A DNA stretch of 64,000 nt. It comes from Amoebidium appalachense. Taxonomy: Eukaryota; Protista; Ichthyosporea. The stretch spans positions 1,146,062 through 1,210,061 of the forward strand of contig CAVNZM010000001.1 of assembly GCA_963693365.1 (NCBI GenBank), given 5' to 3'. The notes beneath the pieces are model-generated. The model was not told the origin of the DNA. It did no database searches and saw only the letters and a list, made by a program, of their open reading frames with translations. Below are positions 35,208-48,815 of the stretch, in pieces. Made by a program: the position numbers and the translations under genes. Numbering within the stretch: position 1 is the stretch's first letter; each line of letters begins with the position of its first letter.

Positions 35208-38200
35208 GTTCTGATTCCCCGGCTCGTTCTAACACCCCGCCCGTGAAAGGATGCTCCTACTGCCACGAGCCTGATCACACGATCATCGATTGCCCTGAGC
35301 CGAAATGCCGTATGTCCAGACACAACCGTTCCCGTCAAGGCAGTGAGAAATCTGTCTCCTTTGCTTTCTCGGCATACAATGCTAGCTCCGTCCCCGTGTC
35401 CTCCGACCCTGCCTGGGATTCCGGGTGCAACATGACTGTCTGCCCCACCCGTGAGTTCTTCCATGACCTCACTCCCCTTCCGACACCGACTCCCGTTGCT
35501 GCCTTCAATGGCACCCCCGTCTTGGCCACTCACACCGGCCATATCGTCATCAACACCACCACCGACCATGGCACTGCCACCCTTACCATTGAAGCCTACC
35601 ACACCCCGTCTGGCCAAGCCTTCCTCATTTCAACATCCCAAGCTGCTGCCGAATACATCAAGGGTGATTTGAACGATGCCTCCACTCCGTCATTCCTCTT
35701 CGACCGACTCACCGGCCGTCATCTCGTCAACCTCCGTCTACACAACGGTCTGTATTACTTCAAGGACTACACCATTCAACCACCCACTCGTCCTGTGGCT
35801 CTGGCTGCCACTACCAGTGTTAACCCATCCATCTGGCACCATCGTCTGGGGCACCGTGCTATGACCAGCATCAAGGACATGGTGAAACACGACCTTGTTA
35901 TTGGTCTCCCCTCCTCTGTCCTCGACTGTGATGTTCCTGATTGTCATGGCTGCATTATGGGTAAAACCACCGTGACCAAGGCTCCGTTCAAGGGTGACCG
36001 TCCTCACTCCAACATCCCCGGTCATGAATGGCATTGGGATTTTTTTGAGCCTACCACAACATCGTACGGAGGTTCCAAGGTTGCTCTCGTCACTGTCTGC
36101 CGTGCCTCTGGACTCGTCAAGATCTACCCGATGGCCGATCGTACCACCACCCTGGACATTCTCACAGCTCCGAGCACCAACCTCGTTGCCACCCATGCCC
36201 CCTCCAAAGTTGGTGTCTACCACTTCGACTCCGGCTCTGAGTTCACCTCCAAGGCTACCCGTGCGTTTTGCCTCTCCCAGGGCATCAAGGCCAGCTATGC
36301 TCCGGTGGACTGCCCTCAACTGAACGGCTATGTTGAACGTCGTATGAGGTTCCTCCAAGAGATTGTCCGTTGCCTCCTCCATCACGTCCAAGATCAGTCT
36401 CTGTCCCCCAAACTGTGGGCTGAGGCTCTCCAACATGCCGCCTACATCATCAACGTCACCCCGTCCACGACTGCCAATGGTCGTACACCATTCGAAATTT
36501 TTTACGGTGTCAAGCCCGACATCTCCGAGCTCAAAGTGTTCGGTTGCCCTGCCTACACTCACGTACCAGCCTCTAAACGGAACAAGCTGGCCCCCACCGT
36601 CAAACTCGGCATGTATATCGGCTATGATCTTCAATCACACTGCCACCGGATCTTCAATCCCACCACCCATCGTGTCGGCCTCTTCCGTGATGTGATTTTC
36701 GACGAATCAGCTTATCTCCCGTCCGACATTCCATCAACACTTCCGACCCCCGACACCACTGCTACCTCGACCACCCCATCCACCACAGTTGACACTGAAG
36801 ATGATGTTTGTCTGGTGTACTCTGGCCCCCCTCCTGCCATCGTCGTTCCCCCGACACCCCCCCCCCCACCGGCCCCCCTGCCCCCGTGCCCGTCCAGCCT
36901 GCCGACCCTCATCCTGCCCCTGGCAACGTCACACCCATCCGACCCGGCTCCCCCGACAACTTCCACTCGGCCCCGTCCAGCCCGGAGGTTGCCCCCCCTG
37001 CACTTCCGAACTTCCAAGTTCCCCCCCCACCGTCTCCACCTCCCCCGGTCCCTGCACCCCGTCGTTCTGCCCGTCTACAGGGCAAGGTTGGACTTCAAGC
37101 CACCACCACCCTCCCCGTCCCCCCCCGGTCCCCCCATCAACATCGACCAACTACCCAAACTTGTCCGTCAACTGTGTTCCGGACCCAATGGTGACCAGGT
37201 CAAGTCAGCCCTGACTGCTGAATATCAAGCCTTCGTCGACAAAGACATCTTTGAACTTGTTGACCCTCCCCCTGGTGCTAACATCGTCGGCTTCAAGTGG
37301 ATTGTCTCCGAGAAAACTCTCAACTCGGCTGGTGACACCAAGATCAAGGCACGTGGTGTTGCTCAAGGCTTCAGTCAGCAATACGGTGTTGACTATGAGT
37401 TGATTGAGAGCCCTGTCATCCGTCCGGCTGCTCTTCGTGCCATCCTAGCTCTGGCCGTTGTTGAAGGTCATGACATCCATCAACTCGACGTGTCTACGGC
37501 CTTTCTCAACAGCCCACTCACCGAGACCATCTACATGAAACAACCCCCGGGATTCATCACCATGGCCACACTTGGCAAGGTCTGGAGACTCAAGAAAGCC
37601 CTGTACGGCCTCAAGCAAGCCTCCAAGGCTTGGTACGACTTCCTCGACGGCATTCTTCTTGCCCATGGCCTGACCCGTACTAAGACCGACCCGTGCATCT
37701 ACCTCCGGTTCTTCCCCAACAACGATGTGGTTCGGGCTGGTAACTACGTCGACGACTCCACCATCACCAACACCTGGGGTTCTACTGCTGCCAGTGACCT
37801 GGCTGCCCACATCAGCAAGATGGCCAGCTGTCGTATGAGTCCATTTGACCGTATGCTCGGTGTTGATTTTAATCACTCTGATCCCCATCACCTCCACATG
37901 CACCAGAGGTCTTACATCATGGATATCATCCACGACTTCAACCTCACCGATGCCAAGTCCAAGTCTACCCCCATCCCTGCAGGCACCACCGTCTCCCTGG
38001 CTGACTGCCCCCCCCAACCGTTCACCGTGCCCTACCGTGAGTTACTCGGCCGTCTCCTCTGGGTGGCACGGTGCACACGTCCCGACATTGCCTATGCCAT
38101 CGGCTTCCTTGGTCGGTTCAGCACCAACCCCGGCAAGACTCACTGGGACCTTCTCCGTCGTGTGGCCCGGTACCTGCTCGGCACCATTGACCTTGGCATT

Positions 38201-40049
38201 GACTACAAGTACTCGGCCACCCAGTCCCCCATACTCGAATGCTACACGGATGCTGACTTTGCTGGTTGTGCCGACAGCAAGAAGTCTACCACCGGCTACA
38301 TTATCGAGTTTGCTGGTATGCCCATCATCTGGTACTCCAAGCTCCAGCCCATCACGGCCACCAGCACCACTGAAGCTGAGCTGATTGCTCTCAATGCTGG
38401 CACCCAAGAAGTTGCTTGGGTCCGTGACCTCTTCAAGGAACTCGGCTGTCCCATGCTTGCTCCGACTCCGGTGTACTGTGACAACCAGTCGACCATTGCC
38501 ATCGTCAACTCCACCGGCATCAAGCACCGTACCAAACACATTGCCGTCCGGTATCACAACACCAAGGACTACATTGCCAGTGGGGATGTGGTTGTCCACT
38601 ACGTTGAGTCAGCCCACAACTTAGCTGACATCCTCACCAAACCCCTCCCCGGCCCGAGTCATGTCCACCATCGTGCTCGACTTTGTTTACCGGATATTGT
38701 GGATTGACCCGACCTACTTCAAGAGTAATTTTCTCATGTTTACTACTTACTTTATCATCATCATTATTTCATATGTATTGCCTTTGTGGGTATGCCCACT
38801 TAGGGTTTATATATAAGGTTTGACCTGTACCATCACTCTCCTCTATCTTTCACTGGTTTAAAACCCAGTTAAACAAACCCCGACTATACACGTTATATAT
38901 ATTTGTTGTTTTTGCCCCGGTTCCTCCCCCCCCCCCCCCCCTTCCCCCCCCCTTCCCCCCCCCCCCTCCCCCCCCCTTCCCCCCCCCCCCCCCCCCCCCG
39001 GGAAAAGTCCAAACTTTAATTTTTTTTTTCCGTTTCTGTTCTCAAGTGGGGAGATTTCACTAGTTCAGTGGGGATATGATAACACAAACTTCAAAGTCTT
39101 AAGTGGGGATGTTATAATACGTGGTATTTACATATTGTAAGATCTTCTCAGTTCGTGTTATGTTTTCATTCATTCACTTAGTGAAAGAGATGTGCTCCTT
39201 GTACGTAAATTATGAGATCGATCTCCAGTGTATTTGAGTACTTGTAATCGTGTTGTGTCGGCTATATTCGTGTGTTTAGATATCGATTACAGCAACTGAT
39301 TATAGGTACACGAGTCTACCCAGTAAGGGAGAAACGTGTACATGTTATGTGTACATGAATATCTTCGGTTATAACTGTGTTTTGCTGTTCGTGTTTTCTG
39401 TCCTGCTTTCTTTTCTTTTTCCTCTTTCTTCTTCTTTCTTTTCTCTTTCTTTCTTCTCTTGTTTCCTTTCACATAATTATATTTCTCTCTCACTAATATA
39501 CGTTGAGTAGATTTATATTACTCGTTATGTTTTGATTGGTAGAAAAAACACTTAGGCTACACTTTAGCTTGTCAGGTATGATTCATAGCTTAGTCAAACA
39601 CTTTTGTTTTGTGTGTTGCCGTACTATATCCAATCAGTGGACTTAGTCAGAAAATGTCTGAGTCTTTGTAGCCGATGATAGGTTAGAAACATCACCTCTT
39701 TCCTCGTTACTCTTCACCTCTTTTCTTTCTTATAGCTGTGACCTATGGTGTGCGTTCCTGTGCCTCCGGATCTATCCGGGAAATAATCAGTTAATTGTGA
39801 TTGGTTATTTTAGACATAGATCTGATTTCCGACTGGTCGGAAATCATGTATGGATTTAACTTAAGGGAATTTCAGGTATTTATTAGCGATCAAAATAAAT
39901 TGAGTTCAGTCGTGTCTAAACATTGATGTCTGTTGTGTACACTTCTCCGATCGCTCCGTGTTTTGTTGTTGTGTGTGTCTGTGGTGTTTTCACACTGCAC
40001 CACTGTGTCTCTGCTTACATCCCAAATACTTATACAATTAAACAGGGAA

Positions 40050-41097
40050 CGGTTGTGTCTGGACATACGGCATTTCGGCTCGGGGCAATCGATGATCTTG
40101 TGATCAGGCTCGTGGCAGTAGGAGCATGCAGTCACGGACGGGTTGTTAGAACGAGCCGAGGAATCAGAACGACGGGAACCCGAGAAACGGGAACGACTGG
40201 GGGAACGAGACGTGGACCGAAAGGCAGGCCGGTGGGGGGAACGGGATCGGGTGTGCTGACGGGAGAGACGAGTTCGGAGGTCCGTGCCATGGGTACGGTC
40301 AAGTCGGTTGCGTAAGTCACGGCGAGGAAGATCACGGGGGGGAGCACTGGCATTTAATGCCATGCTGGACTTGGAGGCACGGTGGGCACGGTTGCTCCGG
40401 AGTTGCATCTTGAGGTCTTGACGTAGCTCGATGCCCTTGACGTGGTTGTGGAGGGACTCGAAGTCGGGGAATAGCTTATCACCGAAGTGATAGTCTTCGA
40501 TAAGACGGTTGAACTCAGGGGTGAGGTCGTCTCTGGTGGTGAGTTCATTGAAGAACTTCTCAGCTAGACGAGTGAAGTGAATGGACTCATCTTGGAGGGA
40601 CTGGAGCTGCTGGTTCACGATGGTCTGCAGACGACTCAGGTAGGTGGTGAATGATTCACCCGTCCGGGCTGAGGGGCACAGGCATCCCACTGACGGTGAA
40701 GGATGTGGATCTGATCGGGTTTGCCTTGAAGGTAGTGTGGACGGAATTTCCACATGGCCCGTTCAGGGTCCATGCCAATACGGTACTGGGCAACGGTGGT
40801 GAGCACGGAAGGGTCGATGTTCTGAATCATATGGAGCAGGAGGCAGTTGCGGGCCTCCTTGAGTTCCGCGGTAGTGCCGTAGCCGTAGAAGGGGGGTTCA
40901 CCGTCAACCGCGACGGTGGTAGGGGGGACGTAGTTGTCAGCAAGCACAACATCCACGAGTCGGACACCTTTAGTGCCGGTCATCATGCCAAGAAAAATGA
41001 TTTCCCACTGGAAATAGGTGGTTTTGCTATCGGGACCAGTCTTCCCTTCACCTTTCCACATGGTTATTTTGTTTACACCAGTTTTGTTTGGATCCAT
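40050..41097 (-). pseudogene. gag: Copia-1 gag (frameshifted)
   Basis: MDPNKTGVNK... in track ORFs 40636-41097 and 39890-40753. Confidence 0.9.
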
Positions 41098-41553
41098 GAT
41101 TGAAAAACGATCGCTAGTTCTAGATGTGTGTAGGGAGCGTGCAAAAGGGCTGCATAACCTGTTAAATTATATAAGTACTTGGGATAAAAGCAGAGACACA
41201 GTGGTGCAGTGTGAAAACACCACAGACACACACAACAACAAAACACGGAACGATCGGAGCAGTGTACACAACAGACATCAATGTTTAGACACGACTGAAC
41301 TCAATTTATTCTGATCTTCGAATAAATACCTGAAATTCCTCTAAGTCTAATCCATACATGATTTCCGACCAGTCGGAAATCAGATCTATCTCTAATAGAA
41401 ACCAATCACTAAGAACCAATTGCTTTCAGAGAGATCCGGTACGCGGAGACGCACACGATAGGACACAGACACTAGTTAAGGTCAACTCGTGTCATCATCA
41501 AGGAAATTCTAACCTATGACATACTGCAAAGACTCAGACATATCACACTTAAC

Positions 41554-42498
41554 GTCATGATCATCTGCACGGCCAACTCTTCCCACACCAAGGATCTAGT
41601 AGACCACATCATGAAGTCAGCTCTCTGCAAGGTTGACCTTCCCGACATCTTCCTTGGCACCCAGCTCATCCACACCCCCAGTCGCCTCAAGCTGCTTCAA
41701 CAATCCTACATCAACGACATCGTCAGAGACTTCAACCTCAACGATGCTCACCCCAAGGCTACTCCCATTCCCGTCGGCACCGTCATCACCATCAACGAGA
41801 ACGACTCACCACCCATCAAGGTTCCCTACCGTGAACTACTCGGCCGTCTTTTGTGGGTTGCTCGTTGTTCCCGGCCCGACATCTCCTTTGCCATCGGCTA
41901 CCTCGGTAGATTCAGTGCCAACCCCACCAAACTTGCATGGGAATGTCTACTCCGTGTAGTTCGGTACCTCATCGGCACTTCCAACCTCGGCCTTCACTAC
42001 GACAAGTCTGCATCCGACGACAACATCCCCTTGCTGGAGTGTTATTCTGATGCTGACTTTGCCAACTGCCCCAACACCCGTCGTTCAACCACCGGATACG
42101 TCATCTTCTTCAAGGGCATACCCATCACATGGTATTCGAAGCTGCAGTCCATCACGGCAACATCCACCACCGAGGCTGAGCTTCTAGCCATCAATGCTGC
42201 TGTTCAAAACGTCATCTGGCACCGTGATCTCCTCCGTGAACTCGGCTACCCGATGACCGACCCCACCCCCGTCTACTGTGACAACCAGTCCACCATTGCC
42301 CTCCTGCACACCAACAGCATCAAGCACCGGACCAAACACATTGCAGTCCGGTACCACAACACGAAGGACTACATCAAGAGTGGGGATGTGGTCGTCACCT
42401 ACGTGTCCAGCAAAGACAACGTGGCTGACATCTTCACCAAGCCCCTGCCCGGGCCCTCCCACGAGCAGCACCGTGATTCACTCAGTCTTCATGACTGA
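41554..42498 (+). pseudogene. pol: Copia-3 RT C-terminus and RNase H fragment
   Basis: PYRELLGRLLWVARCSRPDI, DADFAN, TEAE, DNQS, KHI, ADIFTK. Confidence 0.93.
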
Positions 42499-43796
42499 GT
42501 GTGCCCCCCCCCCCCCTCCCCCCCCCCCCGTTTCATCTACAGTGGTCTTCAAGTAGGTTGGGGCACTGGCCAGTGGTCTACACATCACCGTGTAGAGACA
42601 CCTCCCAACGAAAGTCTACTGCTGTCTTCATCGATCTTCAGTGTGTGCATCTTCAGTGGGGATTTCTTCTCCACCATCCGTCGTTTATTTATATACCATC
42701 ATATATATAATGTATAAATCATTAGCCACCAACACGTCAAACATACACTAGTTGTTTTCTTCTATATATATTTATATATCGTCATTGGCTACCGTCATGT
42801 TCCGAGTCTTCAGAGGCAACCGTCGTTGTGTGCTTCTTCCGTTTTGGTTTTCTTCCCCGGCTTGCACCTTCAAGTCTTCTCCATTGTCTTCTCGAGTGGG
42901 GAAACTTGACTGTGACTTCACGGCACCTACTTCTACATGTGTGAGAGTCTTAACATCAACAGTCACATCAACAAACTTCACGAGAACCCAACTTCCAACC
43001 CTTGAGTGGGGATGTCATCTTCACTTAATTCTCAGCAAAACTTAGAAGTTGAGTTTTGTATTTATTTATTAGTTGTTGTAGTTTGTTTCCTTTTCCTTTC
43101 TTCATTTCTTTCTTTCTTTCCCGTTTCCGTGTACACGACATCTTAGATCTGTGTACGTATCGACATACCTAGCTCGCGCACACGTATTGTCGTTTGCGTC
43201 AAAATCTATATATGTCATTCAATCATATCTCGTTTGTATTTTCCCAAATATAGTAACTTACATTCCTTTCTCATTCCTTTCCCACGACGTAGCATTGTGC
43301 TATGTTCTTCAACTATTAGGAATAATTATATTTAGACGTGTTATGATAAGAACATGTATAAATGTATGTTATGAATTAATAGTTATATAAGAGGTTTCAT
43401 TTTGTTAAATGTTTCCGTGCTTTTATTAGAAGTTTCTGTCATTAGAGGATTGAGTTTTATATTCTATGTGTCGACAGACATTTTAGTCGATATATTTTAC
43501 ACTCATAGTTTTCGTCCTTTTGATTGGTTTATCGTTTCACATTCCCAAGTATAAAAGGGACCTCGTCTTGAAATAAATCATAAGCAGTCGTATTCATTTC
43601 CTATGGTTCCAGAAATCGTTCCTCCTCTCCGGCTGTGTTTTTCCCGTGTGTCTCTGTGTTGTGTATATCATAACACCCATTTGTGCTCTCTGCTTCTCCG
43701 TTTACCCACACAAAATGACAGGTTTACGGCCCCTTTGCACGCTAACACACAATCTCGCTACAACCGCGAAAATCTCTCAGCCTTACTGCTTCAATC

Positions 43797-44476
43797 ATGA
43801 CTGACAAACCGTCGTATATCAACCTTCCAATATGGAATCCGTCCGAGAAACGAGACGAGAAACGTCTTAATTATTTCGAGTGGGAGCCACTCATTCACCG
43901 GTTCATTAGAACAACCATTGCCGAGAAATTCGTTGACGCTATCAAGAGGCCACAGTGGGTTGCCGAGTCACCCAGATCCAAGTCACCTTCGAGGATCTTG
44001 AACTACGAGACTACCCCAACGTCACAGCATACCTCACCCGTCTCCAACGTCTGGCTACGACACTTGCCTGCCTCGACGAGCCCGTCCAGCACAAGGATGT
44101 CGTACGTAAGTTCTTCCTTCACCTCAGGAAGAACACGGCCCTGGTCTGCTCCGACATTGAACGTCTCTGCTCCGACTACTGGATGAACAACAAGGCCTAC
44201 CCGTCCTTCAACCAGCTCATCAGTGACATCCGAGGAGCTGAAATCCGTGCCGGCCTCATCGACGCAGGCACAGGTGCAACCGTCAACAACCGTCCCCTCC
44301 GTGCACTCCAGAGCAGAGTGCTTCCCCCCGGTGACCTCCGTAACCGTATTCCTCGACGTGAGCATACACCTCACCGTTCCCCGTCCCGTTCCCGTGATCC
44401 TCGTCCTTCCTCCAAGTCACCCGGCCCCCGTTCAACTTCCCCTTACCACCGTGGTAACAGGGACAACCGTAACCGA
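43797..44476 (+). pseudogene. gag: Copia-3 gag, internally deleted and truncated
   Basis: N-terminus YFEWEPLIHRFIRTT and downstream LISDIRGAEIRAGLID align with Copia-2 gag; frame break near 43965. Confidence 0.85.
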
Positions 44477-44680
44477 CTTTTGATTGGTTTATCGTTTCAC
44501 ATTCCCAAGTATAAAAGGGACCTCATCTTGAAATAAATCATAAGCAGTCGTATTCATTTCCTATGGTTCCAGAAATCGTTCCTCCTCTCCGGTTGTGTTT
44601 TTCCCGTGTGTCTCTGTGTTGTGTATATCATAACACCCATTTGTGCTCTCTGCTTCTCCGTTTACCCACACAAAATAACA

Positions 44681-45514
44681 GGGGGGGGGGGGGGGGGGGG
44701 TTGCGTCACGCGGATTGTCATGCAGGGTTGTGCAGCTGAAATGGAGGGTGGGGGAGGGGGGGTTCGGAGCACAATGGGACTATTGGGGGGGGGGGGGGGG
44801 TTGGATTGGGGATCTGATGAGGGGTCTGATGGGGGGGGGGGGGGGGGGTTCTGAGAGGCGTCGGTCGACGGGTCTGTTAGGGGGTACGATGGGGGAGGGT
44901 GGAGGGGGGGGGGGGATGGGGGGGCCTGATCAGGGGTCTGATAGGGGGTCGGATGGGGGTGGCAAGTCTGGTGAGGGGTCTGGTGGGGGGGGGGGGGGGG
45001 GGTCTCATGCGGATTGTCATGAAGGGTGTGGAAAGGGGGACGGATTAGGGATAGGGGGTCGATTTTTCTTTGTTTTTTTTTTTGGGGGGGGGGGGAGGGG
45101 GATATGCAGGGGTTGCTCGATGGGCCCCAGGCAAAAAGCGTGGTGTTCAACGCTCCAGTGCTGACCAGCAGGTGATAAAAGAGGCGATTGATTACCAGCC
45201 AACCACGTAAACTACGGAGTAGGAAGATATCGTAGGACGTCGCAAGCTGCACCGTGGGCATTTCATCTTTGAGTTTGGAGGCATAGTCTAAGAGCAGAAT
45301 AAAACACTGTGCACTGTGAAAAATTGCATTTTGTATGCTTTGTAACCCCATTTTGTTTCAAATTGGTTGTCATTATAAAGATCAAGACCGTGATGAGCTT
45401 GGGGTACCGTACCGCCTCATAATATTGATTATTTGTTTTTATTTTTTTTTTGTAAATTTTTTATAATCACGGCTATTCCATTTTGATGGATAATTATTGC
45501 TTTTTCTTTTCTTT

Positions 45515-45550
<36 letters not shown>

Positions 45551-45755
45551 TTTTTGCCCGGTTGGTAGAGCACACACGCACACACACACACACACACACA
45601 CGTGTACACATGACGCACTGCGGACACATACACCCTTGTTAGTTCGTGCTTATGTGGTGGATGTCAATTCTTCATGGAAGGGTGTGTGTGGTGGTGGTGC
45701 AGCTGGTGTGTGTGTGTGTGGTGGTGGTGGTGGTGGTGGTGGTGGTGGTGGTGGT

Positions 45756-45803
<48 letters not shown>

Positions 45804-46903
45804 CTTCACATATTTATGGGGCTACATGGGGCGTTACATGAGTGTGTAACGACCTGAAAGAGCTGCACGTGGTTGGGCACACCGGCTCGATTTGTCATAC
45901 ATCAACCATTCAAAGCTTCTTGGATCTCTATGCCCTTTTCCAGGTCTTTGTGTGCAACCATTGTTGGCACATTGTGTGTGTGTGCATGTGAATGTGTTTA
46001 AATGTGTGTGTGCCACAGTGTGTGTGTGTGTTTGTAGCGGTGAGTGTGTGTGTGTGTGTGCGTGTGTGTCATGGCTGCGTGTGCCCATCTGCGCGACACA
46101 AAGTATTTTCATGTTGCGTACCACGAAGAGTTGGATGTTACAGTAACAACGTGGCAAGTTACCAACACTAATTAATGTGAGTGGGGTTGTATCATGAGGG
46201 GATCAGGTGTCTGACGTGAGTGAGTTGAATGGGGGTAGGGGGCCTGATATGTCGTCTGTTAGGGGGTGGGGTCTGATGTGGTTTGTCATGAGCGATGTGG
46301 AGTCGAAAAGGGGAGGGGGGGGGGGAGGGGGGGGGTATGTTAGGACTAATGGGGGCCCGGGCGGGAGGGGGGAGAAGGGAGGGGCTGGGGTGGTGTGTGC
46401 CCATGCGTGCGCGCTGGTATTCGCGTCTGTCTGTGTGGGTGTGCCTGTGTGTGTGCCGGTGTGTGCCCGTGTGTATATGTATGTGTGTGTCTGTGTGGTT
46501 ACTTATCTCACTCCCCGCCCCGACCCCCCAACCCTTCTCCCTCCCTTGCTTTTTCTGCTTCCACCTCTCGCCCTCTATGTCTCTCTCTCTCCTCCTTTTC
46601 TCTCTCTGTGCGTGTGTGTTCGAGCATATACACACATGAACACCTGCCATGCACGCACCTGTGTGTGTGTGTGTGTGTGTGGTGTGTGTGTGTGTGCGTG
46701 TGTGTGTGGTGTGTGTGTGTGTCAGAGAGGGAGAGAGAAAAAGAGAGAGATGAGAGAAAGAGAGAGGGTCAATAGATGGTTGTGTGAGTTCGCAAGCACA
46801 CATGCGCACACATGCGCTAGGAAATGATTGTGTGTTTGCATGCACACGCACGAAGGGAGGGTTGTGTGTGTTCGCGTGCACACACACATGCCATGCATGC
46901 ACT

Positions 46904-46941
<38 letters not shown>

Positions 46942-46957
46942 TGTGTTTGTGTGTATG

Positions 46958-47005
<48 letters not shown>

Positions 47006-47113
47006 TGTATGCGTGTGTGTGTGTGTGTATGTTTGTGTGTGTGTGTGTGTGTATCAGAGATAGAGAAAGCGAGGGAGAGGGGGGAGGGAGAGAGCGAGAG
47101 AGAAAGAGGGAGG

Positions 47114-47177
<64 letters not shown>

Positions 47178-47449
47178 CTTGTGTGTGTGTATGTGTGTCA
47201 GAGATAGAGAAAGAGAGGGGGAGGGGGAGAAAGAGAGAGAGAGAGGGAGGGAGGGAGGGAGGGAGAGAGAGAGAGAGAGAGTGTGTGTGTGTGTGTCAGA
47301 GATAAAGAAAGAGAGGGAGAGGGAGAGAGAGAGAGAGAGAGGGAGAGGGAGAGCGAGAGAGGGTGTGTGTGTGTGTGTGTGTGAGTGTGTGACAGAGAGA
47401 GAGGGAGGGAGCGAGAGAGATGGAGAGAGAGAGGGATGGATAGATAGAT

Positions 47450-47480
<31 letters not shown>

Positions 47481-47851
47481 CAAAGACAGAGAGAGAGAGG
47501 GAGAGAGAGAGAGGGAGAGAGAGAGAGAAAGAGAGAGAAAGAGAGGGAGCGAGAGTGAGAGAAACAGAGGGGGGGGAAGAGAGAGACGTCCCAGAAATAA
47601 AAATAAAAGGAGATAAAAGCATGAGAGAGCGAGAGAGGCCACGGACAGACAATTGGGCACGTACACACAGAGCAAGAGGTTTGGAGAGAGGTTGAAGATG
47701 GGTGAGAGAGCAAGGGCAGGAGGGAGGGGCAATGAGAGGGGCAGGGGAAGAGGGGGGGGGGGGGGGGGACGAAAGAGCAAATACAGAGAGAAAAATATGA
47801 TGGAGAGAGCTGGACGAAGGGGGCAGGGGGTGGGGCATTGAGAGGGGGACA

Positions 47852-47887
<36 letters not shown>

Positions 47888-48450
47888 AAAAGAGCAAACA
47901 CAGAGAGAAAATAATGATGAAGGAGAGAGCTGGACGATGGCGGCAGGGAGGGAGCTGCTGCGCGCAGCAAAGTCACACAGCAAAGTGATGAGTTCGGAAA
48001 GACGGAAGCCCGGGTAGAAGAAAGGAATGAACGGAGGGGGGAAGGGAGAAGAAAGATGTTGGAACCTTGAGAAGAGGCTGATGGAGATGTGGAGAGGGGA
48101 GAAGACAGATAGGGTTCGAGGGTTTCAGGAGTGAAGCAAAAGGGCTGTGACCTGGTGAATAATTGGTTGGAGTGATGGAAAGACGGAGGTGCTTAAGGAG
48201 AAGCGAAGAAATTGTGTGTGTGTTCGCACAAGTACAAACACGTATACACGTGCTCAGAGATAGAGACATCTAATAGAAAGGGAAGGGGGAGGGGGGGGGG
48301 GGGGGGTTAAAGGGCGTGTGGAGATGCAAAAAAAAAGATAAAAAAGAGAGGGAGATAGGGGGGTTGATGAAAGAAACTGGGAGCAGGCTGCAACACACAG
48401 CAGAGGTGAAGGGCGCCAAAACAGAAGGCTTGGAAAAAAAAAAAACGCTG
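44681..48450. repeat. Low-complexity region: poly-G, (GT)n, (GA)n, (GGT)n
   Basis: Visible directly; densest at 46660-47590. Confidence 0.9.
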
Positions 48451-48815
48451 ACGATGGTTTGACTTACGGGTGCACGACCGCAGAGGTTTGTAAAGAGTGT
48501 TCGTCTCATTTGGCGAAATGTATGACAGTTAACTATGGCTGTGTTAATCCGCCACAAGGACCGGGCAGTAAATATTGCTCACTTTTGTATTCAATCCATA
48601 TGAACCATGTGCAAGGTTTAGCTTACGGGTGTGCATATGTAAACAAGGGTAACACGTAGCATTTGGGTGCAAGTCTACCATATGTAAGCGCTACCTTGTA
48701 CTCCTCCTCACTAAGGTATCAGTAGTGTTTTAGTCCTATATAGTCGGTACTCAGTTACTATCAGTCGGGCCTACGGCACGTACCGATGTCGACGTTTCTT
48801 TGGGCGGGAAAATGA

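Larger units (their letters stand above)
29794..38707 (+). pseudogene. gag-pol: Copia-1 gag-pol interrupted by the LTR-D element
   Basis: gag 29794-30718 (frameshift in a C-run at ~30545); continues at 35213-38707 as a 1154-aa ORF with knuckle, PR, IN, RT and RH. Confidence 0.93.
28797..40044 (+). mobile_element. Copia-1 element, LTR-B copy, nested in the antisense Copia-1
   Basis: LTRs 28797-29731 and 39110-40044; TSD GGGAA at 28792-28796 and 40045-40049; PBS 29732-29744; PPT 39101-39109. Confidence 0.97.
25990..41553 (-). mobile_element. Copia-1 element on the minus strand, truncated at both ends, host of the nested insertion 28797-40044
   Basis: Partial LTR-A 41160-41553, reverse PBS GGGCTGCATAACC 41147-41159, gag 41097-40050, PR-IN-RT 28796-25990; the halves join across TSD GGGAA. 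Confidence 0.93.
41554..44680 (+). mobile_element. Copia-3 tandem remnant: RT/RH end, 3' UTR, LTR-E (43013-43720), PBS, deleted gag, partial LTR-E (44477-44680)
   Basis: PPT GAGTGGGGA before TGTCA at 43013; ...ATGACA at 43720 followed by PBS GGTTTACGGCCC; gag MTDKPSYINL is homologous to Copia-2 gag. Confidence 0.9.

Noticed and set aside
46192-47983. Long ORFs (up to 391 aa) of SL/HT/CV/RE repeats
   Set aside because: These are translations of (GA)n and (GT)n microsatellites.
48434-48447. A-run + CG as the 5' TSD of LINE copy 2
   Set aside because: It matches the 3' A-run + CG only through low-complexity sequence, and 48448-48815 shows no clear LINE coding motifs.
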